From the NCBI GenBank assembly GCA_045808085.1, contig JBJMGE010000006.1, positions 144,194-208,193 on the forward strand: 64,000 nt of DNA, in the 5' to 3' direction. Below are positions 45,961 through 56,402 of this stretch, one piece after another (the stretch's first letter is position 1; each line of letters begins with the position of its first letter). The translations under genes were made by a program, and so were the position numbers. This stretch comes from Terriglobales bacterium. Lineage in GTDB: Bacteria; Acidobacteriota; Terriglobia; Terriglobales; Acidobacteriaceae. The notes under the pieces were generated by a model. It saw nothing but the letters and a program-made list of their open reading frames with translations. It was not told the origin of the DNA and ran no database searches.

Positions 45961-47337
45961 ATGGCTGCACCAGACATTCTGCCGCCTAAAGGTGTAAGGC
46001 CGCCCATCATCGGGCCCGGCCAGACCTTCGGCACTATTACGGACCGCATTGCCGGCATTGTGCTCACCAAGCACACCCCAATCTTCTGGGTAGCCATTGT
46101 GGCCATTTCGCTGGCGCTTTTCGGCATGCTGCAGACCGCGGTGGGCTACCTGCTGGTTAAAGGCGTGGGAATCTGGGGCATCACCATCCCCATCGGATGG
46201 GGCTTCGCCATCGTCAATTTTGTGTGGTGGATCGGTATCGGCCACGCCGGAACCTTGATCTCCGCAATTCTGCTGCTGTTCAAGCAAACGTGGCGTACCT
46301 CGATCAACCGCTTTGCCGAGGCCATGACGATTTTTGCTGTCATGCAGGCCGGTCTCTTCCCCCTGATTCACACCGGACGTCCGTGGCTGGCGGCTTACTG
46401 GCTGTTTCCCATTCCGCTCACTATGGGCGTGTGGCCGCAATTTCGCAGCCCACTGATCTGGGACGTTTTCGCTGTCTCCACATATTTCACGGCATCTTTC
46501 CTGTTCTGGGGTATCGGACTTATCCCCGATTTTGCTACGCTGCGCGATTCCGCCAAGACGCTGGTTGTCCGGCGTATTTATGGCATGTTGGCCATGGGCT
46601 GGCGCGGATCGGCCAAACACTGGAACCGCTATGAGACGGCCTACATGCTCTTGGCCGGCCTTTGTACTCCGCTGGTGCTCTCAGTTCATAGCGTGGTGTC
46701 GCTCGACTTCGCAGTGTCGGTGGTGCCGGGATGGCACACCACATTTTTCCCGCCGTATTTCGTCGCGGGCGCAATTTATTCCGGTTTCGCCATGGTGCTG
46801 ATGCTGGCGATTCCGTTCCGCTATCTTTACGGCATGCAGGACTTCATTACCCTGCGCCATCTCCAGAACTGCGGCAAGCTGATGCTGGCGACCGGCCAAA
46901 TCGTCGCCTATTCCTACGCGATGGAAATGTTTATCGGCTGGTACAGCCATGACAAGTACGAAATGGCGATGGTAAATAACCGGCTGCACGGGCCATACTC
47001 GCACTATTACTACATGCTGATCCTGTGCAACATCCTCATACCGCAATCGCTATGGCTGAATAAGGTGCGTTCCACGCCGTGGATACTATTCCTGGTCGCC
47101 GTGGTGGTGAATACCGGTATGTGGCTTGAGCGGTTCGTGATTGTGGTAATGAGCCTCCAGCGCGATTACATTCCCAGTTCGTGGGGCATGTACTGGTTCA
47201 CAAAATGGGACATGATGATTTTCGTTGGGACCATGGGGTTCTTTACTTTGCTCTTCTTTATCTTTATCCGGCTTATGCCGGCGATTTCCATCTTTGAAAT
47301 GCGGAATCTGGTTCCGCAGGCGAAGGTGAAAGAATAA
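45961..47337 (+). CDS. actC: ACIII subunit ActC (NrfD/PsrC-like quinol-binding membrane subunit)
   Basis: 458-aa polytopic protein that follows actB directly, with an NrfD-like sequence pattern. Confidence 0.85.
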   Translation: MAAPDILPPKGVRPPIIGPGQTFGTITDRIAGIVLTKHTPIFWVAIVAISLALFGMLQTAVGYLLVKGVGIWGITIPIGWGFAIVNFVWWIGIGHAGTLISAILLLFKQTWRTSINRFAEAMTIFAVMQAGLFPLIHTGRPWLAAYWLFPIPLTMGVWPQFRSPLIWDVFAVSTYFTASFLFWGIGLIPDFATLRDSAKTLVVRRIYGMLAMGWRGSAKHWNRYETAYMLLAGLCTPLVLSVHSVVSLDFAVSVVPGWHTTFFPPYFVAGAIYSGFAMVLMLAIPFRYLYGMQDFITLRHLQNCGKLMLATGQIVAYSYAMEMFIGWYSHDKYEMAMVNNRLHGPYSHYYYMLILCNILIPQSLWLNKVRSTPWILFLVAVVVNTGMWLERFVIVVMSLQRDYIPSSWGMYWFTKWDMMIFVGTMGFFTLLFFIFIRLMPAISIFEMRNLVPQAKVKE

Positions 47338-47873
47338 TGACAGCTGGACCTATTTACGGATTGATGGCGGAATTTGAAACGCCCACGGAACTGGTGGAAG
47401 CGGCCAAGGGCGCTTATGCCGCCGGCTATCGCAAAATGGATGCATACACGCCATATCCGCTGGAGGAAGCGGCGGAAGCCATCGGCGCACACCACAATCG
47501 CGTCGCGTTGATAGTGCTGGTTGGCGCCATGTTAGGGATGATCGGCGGATACGCCTTGCAATATTGGGTTTCCGCGGTCTCCTATCCCATCAACGTAGGC
47601 GGCAAGCCATTCCATTCCTGGCCGGCTTTCATCCCGGTTACCTTTGAATGTGCGGTGCTCGGCGCATGCCTGGCAGCCGTGTTTGGCATGTTGGCATTGA
47701 ACGGGCTTCCGCAGCCATATCACCCAGTCTTTAATTCGCCGAATTTTGTGCGCGCCAGCCGTGACCGGTTCTTCCTGTGCATTGAATCCCAGGACCCGCG
47801 GTTCAGCCCGTCCGACACGCGCAAATTGCTGGAGAGTTATAAGCCTGAAGAAATCACGGAGGTGCCGTATTAA
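47337..47873 (+). CDS. actD: ACIII subunit ActD (DUF3341)
   Basis: TAATG overlap with actC. 'IYGLMAEFETPTELVEAAK...GYRKMDAYTPYP' is typical of DUF3341. Confidence 0.85.
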   Translation: MTAGPIYGLMAEFETPTELVEAAKGAYAAGYRKMDAYTPYPLEEAAEAIGAHHNRVALIVLVGAMLGMIGGYALQYWVSAVSYPINVGGKPFHSWPAFIPVTFECAVLGACLAAVFGMLALNGLPQPYHPVFNSPNFVRASRDRFFLCIESQDPRFSPSDTRKLLESYKPEEITEVPY

Positions 47874-47892
47874 TCGTCCGGCACAAATCCAC

Positions 47893-48591
47893 GTGGCATG
47901 GCTGCTGTTTGCCGCCGCCAGTATGGCTGTTCTGGCTGGCTGCCGGCAGGACATGCATAACCAGCCCAAATTTATTCCATTGCGTTCCAGCGAGTTCTAT
48001 TCTGATCGCAGATCGGCGCGGTATCCCGTTCCCGGAACCATCCCACAACTGGATGACAAAACCGTGGACAAGGAACAGCTGGATCCCAACAGCTATTTCC
48101 TTAGCGGCAAACACGGCAATACTTATGGAAATGAAATGCCCGGCACAGATCAACAAGCAGTGGCGGCCGTGCTGGTACGGGGCCAGGAGCGCTACAACAT
48201 TTATTGCCAGCCATGCCATTCGGAGTTGGGCGATGGAAACGGCATGATTGTGCAGCGCGGCTTCAAGCGTCCACCGTCCTTCCATGTGCAGCGGCTCAGG
48301 AACGCGCCTTTGGGTTGGTTTTATGATGTGATCAGCAATGGCTTTGGCGGAATGCCGGACTACTCTGCCCAGATAAAGCCTGCGGACCGCTGGGCCATCG
48401 CTGCCTATATTCGTGCGCTGCAGCTTAGCCAGAATGCGAATGAATCCGATGTGGCGGCTGCGGATAGAGACCAGCTCAACAAGCCGGCAGGAAATGGAAT
48501 TATCATTCCTGATACCTCTATAATCTCGCCCGCCGTAACAACTCCGGTAAAGCCGGTGCCTGATACGCAGCCAAAGGGGAACAAACGATGA
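47893..48591 (+). CDS. actE: ACIII subunit ActE (monohaem cytochrome c lipoprotein)
   Basis: 'CQPCH' and lipobox 'MAVLAGC'. The start is uncertain (GTG at 47893 or ATG at 47923). The longer ORF overlaps actD. Confidence 0.8.
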   Translation: MAWLLFAAASMAVLAGCRQDMHNQPKFIPLRSSEFYSDRRSARYPVPGTIPQLDDKTVDKEQLDPNSYFLSGKHGNTYGNEMPGTDQQAVAAVLVRGQERYNIYCQPCHSELGDGNGMIVQRGFKRPPSFHVQRLRNAPLGWFYDVISNGFGGMPDYSAQIKPADRWAIAAYIRALQLSQNANESDVAAADRDQLNKPAGNGIIIPDTSIISPAVTTPVKPVPDTQPKGNKR

Positions 48592-49844
48592 GCCAGACCA
48601 TGGTGCGTGTTACCCCTAAAGACTTTGCTCCTCCGTCAATGATTGACCGGATGCGCTCTCGTTCGCTCGTAATCGGTGTGGTTTTCAGTGTGCTGGCAGT
48701 GGGATTGACGCTTGCGCTCAAACAGTGGGATTTGTTTTTGCGCTCATGGTTGTTCTCATTCATGTTCTGGCTTGGGCTCACCCTGGGCTCGCTGACGCTG
48801 CTCATGTTGCAATACACCAGCGGCGGAAACTGGGGCCGTCTGGGACGCCGCATCTGGGAAGCCGGAGCGGCCAACTGGTGGCTGATGTTCCTATTCTGGC
48901 TCCCAATCGCCTTCGGCGTAAAACGCCTCTATCCCTGGGCCAGAGTGCCGCAGGACCCCGCGAAACTTGCGGAGTTCATGGCTCACTACGGCGCTGACAA
49001 GATCCACTACTATCTGAATGTTCCTTTTTTCTGGGTTCGTGGACTGATCTTTTTCGCCGGCTGGGGAATCCTGTACTACTTCCTTAAGCGCTGGTCGATT
49101 CGCGAAGAAGCCGGCGTCACCACTCCCGCGGAGTTTGTATTCATCCAGAACCTGAGCGGTTTCGGAATTGTGTTTTACGCCGCTACGATCACATTTGGCT
49201 CCATTGACTGGACCATGTCGCTTTATCCGGAATGGTGGTCGACCGTCTGGGGCATGCTATTCATGGTGGGCCAGGTGCTCACCGCGTTCTGCTTTACTAT
49301 CTGGCTCTTCACGCGACTTTCAGAGATTGAGCCGGTCTCTCGTATTTTCAAGGTCGATTACCTGCATGACTTTGGCAAGCTCATGTTTGCTTTCGTCGTG
49401 TTGTGGGCTTATCTCTCGTTCTCGCAGTGGCTGATTATCTGGTCCGGCAACATGCTTTCGGAAATCCGCTGGTACATCATGCGGCTGGAAAATGGCTGGC
49501 AATATTTCGGGACCCTCCTGATCTTCGTCCATTTTGTTTTCCCCTTTGCGTTGCTGCTTTCACGCAACAATAAGCGCAGCCGGAGACGGATTGTTGCAAT
49601 CGCTTTCCTGTTGCTGTTCATGCGGCTTGTGGACCTCTTCTGGCTGACGGCCCCGAATTTTTATCCCGGTACGGGCGCGGGCCTGAGCAACTTTCACCTT
49701 CTCGATGCGGCGATGTACATCATTTGCCCGATAGCCATGGGCGGGATCTGGCTGTTCTTCTTCTATCTGCAATTGAGCAAGCGTTCGCTCATGCCGGTAA
49801 ATGACCCTGGTTTTGTCGAGATGCTGGAATCGAAACATGGATAA
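48588..49844 (+). CDS. actF: ACIII subunit ActF (NrfD-like membrane subunit)
   Basis: ATGA overlap with actE. 418-aa polytopic protein. Confidence 0.8.
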   Translation: MSQTMVRVTPKDFAPPSMIDRMRSRSLVIGVVFSVLAVGLTLALKQWDLFLRSWLFSFMFWLGLTLGSLTLLMLQYTSGGNWGRLGRRIWEAGAANWWLMFLFWLPIAFGVKRLYPWARVPQDPAKLAEFMAHYGADKIHYYLNVPFFWVRGLIFFAGWGILYYFLKRWSIREEAGVTTPAEFVFIQNLSGFGIVFYAATITFGSIDWTMSLYPEWWSTVWGMLFMVGQVLTAFCFTIWLFTRLSEIEPVSRIFKVDYLHDFGKLMFAFVVLWAYLSFSQWLIIWSGNMLSEIRWYIMRLENGWQYFGTLLIFVHFVFPFALLLSRNNKRSRRRIVAIAFLLLFMRLVDLFWLTAPNFYPGTGAGLSNFHLLDAAMYIICPIAMGGIWLFFFYLQLSKRSLMPVNDPGFVEMLESKHG

Positions 49845-50457
49845 AGATAAAGACAAATTTGAAACTCAATCCGGCGGGCGCATCAAGGAAGGCCACCAGC
49901 AAAGCGACGTAAACGTTAAAGGCGTCGTGTGGTCCGGCATAATTCTGGCCGTGGGCGGAGTTATTGCTTTCGCCCTCGCGATTCTGATGATCCGCTTCCT
50001 GGAAAAATGGGAAAAAGACCACGAAGCCAAGCTCACGCCCATGGAGCAACAGTTGCAGCAGGAGCGCGAGCTGCCTAAAGAAGGCCTGGGCAAAGTGGTG
50101 CCAACCAATGAAGGGGAGATCAAGCCTGCCCCTGACTGGTATGGACGCGGTAAAATGGAAGATCATCTCAGCCGCACCATCAAAACTCCTCGCCTGCAGT
50201 ATGACGACGAGCATGATATGCAGATTTTCAGCGGATCAGAAGATAAGTGGCTCAGTTCCACCGGCAAGTCACCCGATGGAAGCATCCATATTCCTGTGAG
50301 CCGCGCCATGGAAATCTTGGCACAACGCGGTTTGCCGCAAGTCAGCGGACCGTTTCAACCCGCAAACGTGGGAGCGCCCAGCGCCGCTTATCCTTCAGGA
50401 GCCGCCGACACCGGCCAGGCGAGCCGCTCTACACCCACAGCAGGAGCAAAGAAGTGA
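49837..50457 (+). CDS. Membrane-anchored hypothetical protein inside the ACIII-oxidase operon
   Basis: Start overlaps the actF stop by 8 nt. One TM helix ('VVWSGIILAVGGVIAFALAILMI'). No family recognised. Confidence 0.65.
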   Translation: MDKDKDKFETQSGGRIKEGHQQSDVNVKGVVWSGIILAVGGVIAFALAILMIRFLEKWEKDHEAKLTPMEQQLQQERELPKEGLGKVVPTNEGEIKPAPDWYGRGKMEDHLSRTIKTPRLQYDDEHDMQIFSGSEDKWLSSTGKSPDGSIHIPVSRAMEILAQRGLPQVSGPFQPANVGAPSAAYPSGAADTGQASRSTPTAGAKK

Positions 50458-51329
50458 AGTACGGCAGTACAATTCGGAAAGTGCTGGTTGCGATCACGCT
50501 GGCAGCATGCGCCTCGGTTTCAGCGTGGTCTCAGGCGGCCCCCAAGCTTCAGCCGGGCGACTCCGTGCCCAATACGAAGCCTTCAATTCTCGACCAGGTT
50601 GGGCTTGATCAACGCCTGAACCAGCAGGTCCCGCTTGATCTGGCTTTCAACGATGAAAACGGCAAGGCAATCCAGTTGCAACAATACTTTGGGCAGAAGC
50701 CGGTCCTTTTGATGCTGGTGTATTACCAATGCCCCATGCTGTGCACGCAGGTATTGAATGGATTCACGGGCGCGATGAACGGAATTGTCCGCTTCAACAT
50801 AGGCCGTGAATTTAACGTCATTACGGTAAGCATCGACCCTCGTGATAAGCCGCAAGACGCAGCCGCAGCAAAAGAGAGATACCTCAAACGCTATCGCCGC
50901 GCCGGCGCTTCTGAAGGCTGGCATTTCCTGACAGGTAGAAAAGACCAGATCGATGCGCTGGCTCAGGCTGTCGGCTTCCGTTACGCATGGGACCCGGAAA
51001 TACAGCAATACGCGCATGCCAGCGGCATTATGTTGCTCACGCCGCAAGGTCGCGTCGCGCAGTACTATTACGGAATCGAATACGCCCCGCGCGATATTCA
51101 GCTTGGGTTGATCGAAGCTTCCAAAGGCAAGATTGGGAACGTGGTGGATCAGGTCCTTCTTTACTGCTACCACTATGATCCCCGGCAAGGCCGGTATGGC
51201 GCTGCCATTTTCAATGTTTTGCGTTTGAGCGCCCTCGCCACGGTTCTGGCGTTGGGTGGATTCATGTTGGTCATGTTTCGCCGCGATTCGCTCGCCCACA
51301 AGGGCCGCTTAACCAGGACAGCCGAATAG
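50454..51329 (+). CDS. sco: SCO1/SenC-family copper chaperone
   Basis: GTG start with AGGAG 7 nt upstream. 'LMLVYYQCPMLCTQVLNG' carries the CxxxC motif in a thioredoxin-like context. Confidence 0.85.
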   Translation: MKYGSTIRKVLVAITLAACASVSAWSQAAPKLQPGDSVPNTKPSILDQVGLDQRLNQQVPLDLAFNDENGKAIQLQQYFGQKPVLLMLVYYQCPMLCTQVLNGFTGAMNGIVRFNIGREFNVITVSIDPRDKPQDAAAAKERYLKRYRRAGASEGWHFLTGRKDQIDALAQAVGFRYAWDPEIQQYAHASGIMLLTPQGRVAQYYYGIEYAPRDIQLGLIEASKGKIGNVVDQVLLYCYHYDPRQGRYGAAIFNVLRLSALATVLALGGFMLVMFRRDSLAHKGRLTRTAE

Positions 51330-52403
51330 ATGCAACTGAACTTTCCCATTTTTCCGGAGCAGGCCTCGAGCATGGCGGGGCAGGTGGACGCGCTCTACCT
51401 GTTCCTGGTGTTGATTACCACCTTTTTCTCGCTGCTCATCGCTATTCTGATCCTCTACTTCGCCATCAAATACCGGCGGAAACCCGGCCGGCAGGCGGAA
51501 CAGATTCACGGCTCCACTCTGCTGGAGATAGTCTGGACGGTGATTCCGCTGGGCATCTCCATGGTGATTTTTGTGTGGGGCGCGGTCATTTATTACCACA
51601 TGGAACGTCCGCCCTCAAACCCACTGGAGATTTACGGTGTGGGCAAGCAGTGGATGTGGAAGTTCCAGCATCCTGGGGGCCAGCGCGAAATCAATACTCT
51701 GCACGTCCCCACCGGACGCGATGTGAAAGTTACCCTGATTTCGCAGGACGTGATCCACAGCTTCTTTGTCCCGGCCTTCCGGGTAAAACAGGACGTGCTG
51801 CCAAACCGCTACGTCTTTACCTGGTTCAAAGCTACGGAACCTGGAACGTATCACCTGTTCTGCTCCCAGTACTGCGGGACAAAGCACTCAGGCATGGTTG
51901 GGCAGGTTGTGGTGATGACGCCGGATGATTATGCCAACTGGCTGGCCAGCGGCAAAGCTGAAGGCTCATTGGCGTCATTGGGAGAAAAAGCCTTCCAGCA
52001 ATACGGATGCACCACATGCCACCGGCCAGATTCAGGCGCGCGGGGCCCGAACCTTGAAGGCGTCTATGGCCGCCCTGTTCGCCTTACCGATAATCGCGTG
52101 GTGCTGGCGGATGACAATTACATTCGCGAGTCAATCCTTGAACCGAATGCCAAAGTCGTCTCCGGCTTCCAGTCCATTATGCCGACGTTTCGTGGCGTAG
52201 TAAGTGAAGACGAAATCATCGCGATAACTGAATACGTCAAGCATCTGTCGCCACAACAAGCGAACCCGCTGAATAACCGCTCCACGCCTACGGAAATTCG
52301 TGACAGCGAAGTGCCGAATATTCAGCAGCAGAACCGGCAGGAACCGGCACAGCAAACCCCGCAGGGAACGAGGCCTGCAAATCCATCTGGGAAGAAACCA
52401 TGA
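51330..52403 (+). CDS. ctaC: Cytochrome c oxidase subunit II with C-terminal cytochrome c domain (caa3-type)
   Basis: CuA motif 'HSFFVP...[12 protein letters not shown]' and haem c motif 'CTTCH'. Confidence 0.95.
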   Translation: MQLNFPIFPEQASSMAGQVDALYLFLVLITTFFSLLIAILILYFAIKYRRKPGRQAEQIHGSTLLEIVWTVIPLGISMVIFVWGAVIYYHMERPPSNPLEIYGVGKQWMWKFQHPGGQREINTLHVPTGRDVKVTLISQDVIHSFFVPAFRVKQDVLPNRYVFTWFKATEPGTYHLFCSQYCGTKHSGMVGQVVVMTPDDYANWLASGKAEGSLASLGEKAFQQYGCTTCHRPDSGARGPNLEGVYGRPVRLTDNRVVLADDNYIRESILEPNAKVVSGFQSIMPTFRGVVSEDEIIAITEYVKHLSPQQANPLNNRSTPTEIRDSEVPNIQQQNRQEPAQQTPQGTRPANPSGKKP

Positions 52404-54037
52404 GTACCGCAACAGCGATCATTACGCCGGTGATGCCCGAGAGGCATTACCTGAATGACAATTACGGAATCAGGTCATGGCTGCTCACAAAAGACCATAA
52501 GCGCATTGCCATCCTGTACCTGTTTTCCATCACCTTCTTCTTCTTGATTGGTGGCCTGTTTGCAACGCTGATCCGGCTGCACCTGCTCACCCCAAATGGA
52601 GAGCTGTTCCAGGCTGATACCTACAACAAACTGTTCACCATGCACGGCGTGAACATGGTCTTCTTCTTCCTGATCCCGTCTGTGCCTGCGGTACTGGGCA
52701 ATTTCCTGGTGCCTATTATGGTGGGCACCAAAGACCTGGCTTTCCCCAAGATCAACCTGCTGAGCTGGTATTTGTATATGGCTGGCGGCGTGTTCTCCAT
52801 GGCGGCCATGGTCTCCGGCGGAGTGGATTCTGGATGGACTTTTTACGCCCCGCTTAGCTCAGGATATTTGCGGACCCACGTCATCATGCTGGCGGTCGGC
52901 GTGATCATCGCCGGTTTTTCCTCCATCTTTACTGGCCTTAACTTTATCGTTACCGTTCACCGCATGCGCGCTCCGGGAATGACCTGGGGCAGGCTGCCAC
53001 TGATGGTGTGGTCCAACTATGCCGCCAGCCTGATCATGATTCTGGGAACTCCGGTAATTGCCATAACATTGATATTGTTGGCCCTGGAACGCGGCTTTCA
53101 CATTGGCATCTTTGATCCTAAGCTGGGCGGCGACCCTGTGCTGTTCCAGCACATGTTCTGGTTTTACTCACACCCGGCCGTTTACATCATGATTTTGCCC
53201 GGCATGGGTGTAATCAGCGAAATTGTTCCCTGCTTTTCCCGCAAACGCATTTTCGGATACTCGTTCGTGGCCTTCTCCAGTATTGCCATCGCTGTATTTG
53301 GCTTTGTCGTGTGGGCGCACCACATGTTCGTCGCCGGCATTTCGGTTTACTCGGCGCTGGTGTTCTCGCTGCTCAGCTATGCAGTGGCAATCCCTTCAGC
53401 CGTGAAAGTCTTCAACTGGACTGCCACCATGTATAAGGGCTCAATCGAGATGAGCACGCCGATGCTCTACGCCATGGCCTTCATCGGGCTGTTTACCATC
53501 GGCGGTTTGACGGGATTGTTTGTGGCGGCGCTGGGATTGGACATCCATATCCATGACACCTACTTTGTCATCGCCCACTTTCACTACGTGATGGTGGGAG
53601 GCATGGTGACGGCTTATTTGGGAGGGCTGCATTTCTGGTGGCCCAAGATGACAGGCCGAATGTATCCTGAAGCGCCGGCGAAACTTGCCGCGCTGATTAC
53701 GTTCATCGGGTTCAATCTGACTTTCTTCCCGCAATTCATCTTGGGTTATATGGGTATGCCGCGCCGGTATTGGGCGTATCCGCCTGAGTTCCAGGTGCTC
53801 AATGTTCTCTCCAGCGCGGGCGCTTCAGTACTGGCCGTTGGCTTCCTTCTGCCACTGCTGTATTTTGCCTGGTCGCTGAAGTATGGAGAAATCGCAGGCG
53901 ACAATCCGTGGCAGGCCACCGGTCTGGAGTGGGAAACCACTTCACCGCCGCCCACGCATAATTTCCATCACATTCCGGTTGTCACCAAGGATCCGTATGC
54001 CTACGGAGAAGATGCGGAGGTCACCGTTGTCCACTAG
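52400..54037 (+). CDS. ctaD: Cytochrome c oxidase subunit I
   Basis: '[15 protein letters not shown]', 'VWAHHMF' and '[13 protein letters not shown]'. ATGA overlap with ctaC. Confidence 0.97.
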   Translation: MSTATAIITPVMPERHYLNDNYGIRSWLLTKDHKRIAILYLFSITFFFLIGGLFATLIRLHLLTPNGELFQADTYNKLFTMHGVNMVFFFLIPSVPAVLGNFLVPIMVGTKDLAFPKINLLSWYLYMAGGVFSMAAMVSGGVDSGWTFYAPLSSGYLRTHVIMLAVGVIIAGFSSIFTGLNFIVTVHRMRAPGMTWGRLPLMVWSNYAASLIMILGTPVIAITLILLALERGFHIGIFDPKLGGDPVLFQHMFWFYSHPAVYIMILPGMGVISEIVPCFSRKRIFGYSFVAFSSIAIAVFGFVVWAHHMFVAGISVYSALVFSLLSYAVAIPSAVKVFNWTATMYKGSIEMSTPMLYAMAFIGLFTIGGLTGLFVAALGLDIHIHDTYFVIAHFHYVMVGGMVTAYLGGLHFWWPKMTGRMYPEAPAKLAALITFIGFNLTFFPQFILGYMGMPRRYWAYPPEFQVLNVLSSAGASVLAVGFLLPLLYFAWSLKYGEIAGDNPWQATGLEWETTSPPPTHNFHHIPVVTKDPYAYGEDAEVTVVH

Positions 54038-54815
54038 CCAGACAACCACTACCGATCATCATCCGGCGCTGGCGCACCAGTTTGACAGCATGGAGCAGCA
54101 GCAGGAAGCTTCCACGTTTGGCATGTGGGTGTTCCTGCTTACTGAAATCATGATGTTTGGCGGGCTGTTTACCGCCTATCTGATTTACCGCCTTAAGTAC
54201 TATCCGGCGTTTGTCGCCGGCAGCACCAGCATCAGCGTTTCCTGGGGATTCGCCAACACCCTGGTTCTGATCGTCAGCAGCTTCACCATGGCCATGACCG
54301 TGTGGGCGGCGCAGAATGGAAGACGCAAAACGCAGGTCTGGCTGCTTCTGGCGACCATGGTTCTGGGTGCGGCCTTTCTTGGCGTAAAAGCCAAGGAGTA
54401 TTACGACAAATGGGACGAGTGCCACATCCCGGGCCACGTGATCGGCAAAGGTTTCAACGCCTGGGGCGGATGCAGCGCCACGGACAAATCGTTGGGCAAC
54501 ATTGCCGAGGAAATTCGCGATCCCAAGGAACATGGCAACGTAAATGTGACTGAAGTGGCGGCTGAGCAAACAGCCAAGCAGACGGAGATTTTTTTCTCCT
54601 TCTACTTCCTCATGACGGGGCTGCACGCTTTTCACATGGTGATTGGGTTGGGATTGTTGACCTGGTTGCTATTGCGCGCCAAGAGCGGCGAGTTCGGCCC
54701 AGCCTATTACACGCCAATTGAGTTGGGTGGGCTGTACTGGCACTTTGTCGATATAGTGTGGATTTTCCTGTTCCCCTTGCTGTACTTGATTAGCCGGCAC
54801 CAACACGGAGTTTAA
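54027..54815 (+). CDS. ctaE: Cytochrome c oxidase subunit III
   Basis: '[18 protein letters not shown]' and '[17 protein letters not shown]'. TTG at 54027 has GGAGG 6 nt upstream (alternative ATG at 54012). A ~50-aa insert is present, '[20 protein letters not shown]...'. Confidence 0.85.
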   Translation: MSTSQTTTTDHHPALAHQFDSMEQQQEASTFGMWVFLLTEIMMFGGLFTAYLIYRLKYYPAFVAGSTSISVSWGFANTLVLIVSSFTMAMTVWAAQNGRRKTQVWLLLATMVLGAAFLGVKAKEYYDKWDECHIPGHVIGKGFNAWGGCSATDKSLGNIAEEIRDPKEHGNVNVTEVAAEQTAKQTEIFFSFYFLMTGLHAFHMVIGLGLLTWLLLRAKSGEFGPAYYTPIELGGLYWHFVDIVWIFLFPLLYLISRHQHGV

Positions 54816-54830
54816 GGACCAGAAACGAAC

Positions 54831-55124
54831 ATGTCTGAACATTCACATCCCACTCCCGGTCTGTATCTGGTGATTCTGCTCTCGCTGATTGTAGGCACCT
54901 GCCTAACCTGGGGTATTGCGTTTGTCGATTTGGGGAAATGGAACCCGGTTGTGGCCCTCACCATCGCCGTTGTTAAAGCGGTTCTGGTGATCCTCTTCTT
55001 TATGCACGTCCACTACAGCAGCAAGCTCACAAAGTTGACGATCTCTGCCGGATTCTTCTGGCTGATGATCATGATTACCATGAGCCTGAGCGACTATCTG
55101 ACGCGGACGTTTGTGCCGCAGTAG
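54831..55124 (+). CDS. ctaF: Cytochrome c oxidase subunit IV (prokaryotic CoxIV family)
   Basis: 97 aa with three TM helices, 'AVVKAVLVILFFMHV'. Confidence 0.8.
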   Translation: MSEHSHPTPGLYLVILLSLIVGTCLTWGIAFVDLGKWNPVVALTIAVVKAVLVILFFMHVHYSSKLTKLTISAGFFWLMIMITMSLSDYLTRTFVPQ

Positions 55125-55134
55125 GTTTTTTCTT

Positions 55135-55272
55135 GTCCCGAGCAAAGCGAGGGAACGCTATAGCCGCAAGAACGCAGTCGCACTCATTTGTCTGTCTTGT
55201 AGTTTTCTGAAATATACTTCTTGCTCTTGAGAATTTTCGTTGCTCTAGGGTTCCCTCGCTGCGCTTCGGGAT
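55135..55272. repeat. Inverted pair of GTCCCGAGCG-family REP elements
   Basis: 55135-55160 (forward) and 55246-55272 (reverse), in the convergent gap after ctaF. Confidence 0.8.
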
Positions 55273-55281
55273 TTCAGAAAA

Positions 55282-56394
55282 CTACTTCGTCAGAATCTCT
55301 TCCAGAAAATCCAGGGCACGGGGATCGTTCATCTGCCCCAGCCAAAAGATGGCCTGTTTGCGTACTACGGGATTCTTATTGGTTTTGGCCACGTTGATCA
55401 GGCGCGGGACGGCATCGGCATCGTGCATCTGGCTTAGCGCAAAGACCGCCTTCTTCTTTACCTCTGTCTCAGGATCGTTTTCAATCGCGTCGGTAATCTG
55501 TTCCACGGCCTTTTTGCTGCCTTTCTGCGCCAGCCAGAAGATTGCCTGTCCGCGCACGCGCGGGCTCTGGTCGTGCCGAGCCATGCCGATCAGATCCTTT
55601 AGCGCTTCCGGCTCCTTGCTCTGTGAAAACGCAAAGGTGCCTTTCTCCCGCACCCTGTCATCGGGATCATCGCGGACATACTTACGCAGAAGCTCCGCCC
55701 CTTTTTTACCGCGCTCCACGCCTAGCCAGAACGCGACGTTCTCTCGCAATGACGCGCGTTGAGCCGGCTGAATCATCTTTTCCAGTGCGGTATCAGCGGC
55801 AGGTGTGTCATGCAGCGCAATGGCCATTACTGCCTGACGCCCCGGATCTTTGTGCCGATTGTTGTCTTCCGAATCTTCCGTTGTAACCATGCCGGCCAGG
55901 AGCTCCACGCTCTGTTCCGGCTTTACATCTTCCAGCCAATAGAGAGGCAGATTGGCAAAGTCGAGGGTGCAGTCAGCGCTGTAAACCCGGACCTTGGTGA
56001 TCTGCTTTTGCTCCGCCCGGAAGAAGATAAAAGCATATGGCAAGGCCTCAGGCGGCGAGCAATTCGAATTCGTGCCACTAAACGAGCTGCCTTTTTCAGA
56101 TTCCATCCGGCAGCCCATGCAGCACTTGTTTGCAGCCGATTCAAAGTTATCGAGCGAATCAAAGCAGCACATGGTGCGTTCTTTGGCAGCCGTCGGTATC
56201 CGGTATCCAATCCAGAGCGGCGCGGTCTGCTTCTGCACCAGCCCGTCGACCGTCGCTTTGAGACCCGCCGCCGCGGAAAGCTGCTGCAATTTGGCATCTG
56301 AAATTTTTGGCTTTGGCGGAGCTTCTTGCGCCGCCATCATCGCGGCGCAGCCCGCCACCAACATTGCGATTGCCTGTCTCTGCCAGATTTTCAT
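55282..56394 (-). CDS. Secreted HEAT-repeat protein with Cys-rich N-terminal domain
   Basis: Signal peptide 'IAMLVAGCAAMMAAQ'. 'MCCFDSLDNFESAANKCCMGCRME'. C-terminal HEAT repeats ('PRVRGQAIFWLAQ', 'VKKKAVFALSQ', 'VVRKQAIFWLGQ'). Confidence 0.75.
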   Translation of the reverse strand: MKIWQRQAIAMLVAGCAAMMAAQEAPPKPKISDAKLQQLSAAAGLKATVDGLVQKQTAPLWIGYRIPTAAKERTMCCFDSLDNFESAANKCCMGCRMESEKGSSFSGTNSNCSPPEALPYAFIFFRAEQKQITKVRVYSADCTLDFANLPLYWLEDVKPEQSVELLAGMVTTEDSEDNNRHKDPGRQAVMAIALHDTPAADTALEKMIQPAQRASLRENVAFWLGVERGKKGAELLRKYVRDDPDDRVREKGTFAFSQSKEPEALKDLIGMARHDQSPRVRGQAIFWLAQKGSKKAVEQITDAIENDPETEVKKKAVFALSQMHDADAVPRLINVAKTNKNPVVRKQAIFWLGQMNDPRALDFLEEILTK

Positions 56395-56402
56395 ACCGCT
56401 CC

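Noticed and set aside
47746-47892. Upstream extension of the ActE ORF
   Set aside because: It overlaps actD by 128 nt in another frame. A lipoprotein-type signal only makes sense with a start at about 47893-47923.
53883-54026. Upstream extension of the CtaE ORF
   Set aside because: It overlaps the conserved C-terminus of CtaD. An SD (GGAGG) precedes the in-frame TTG at 54027.
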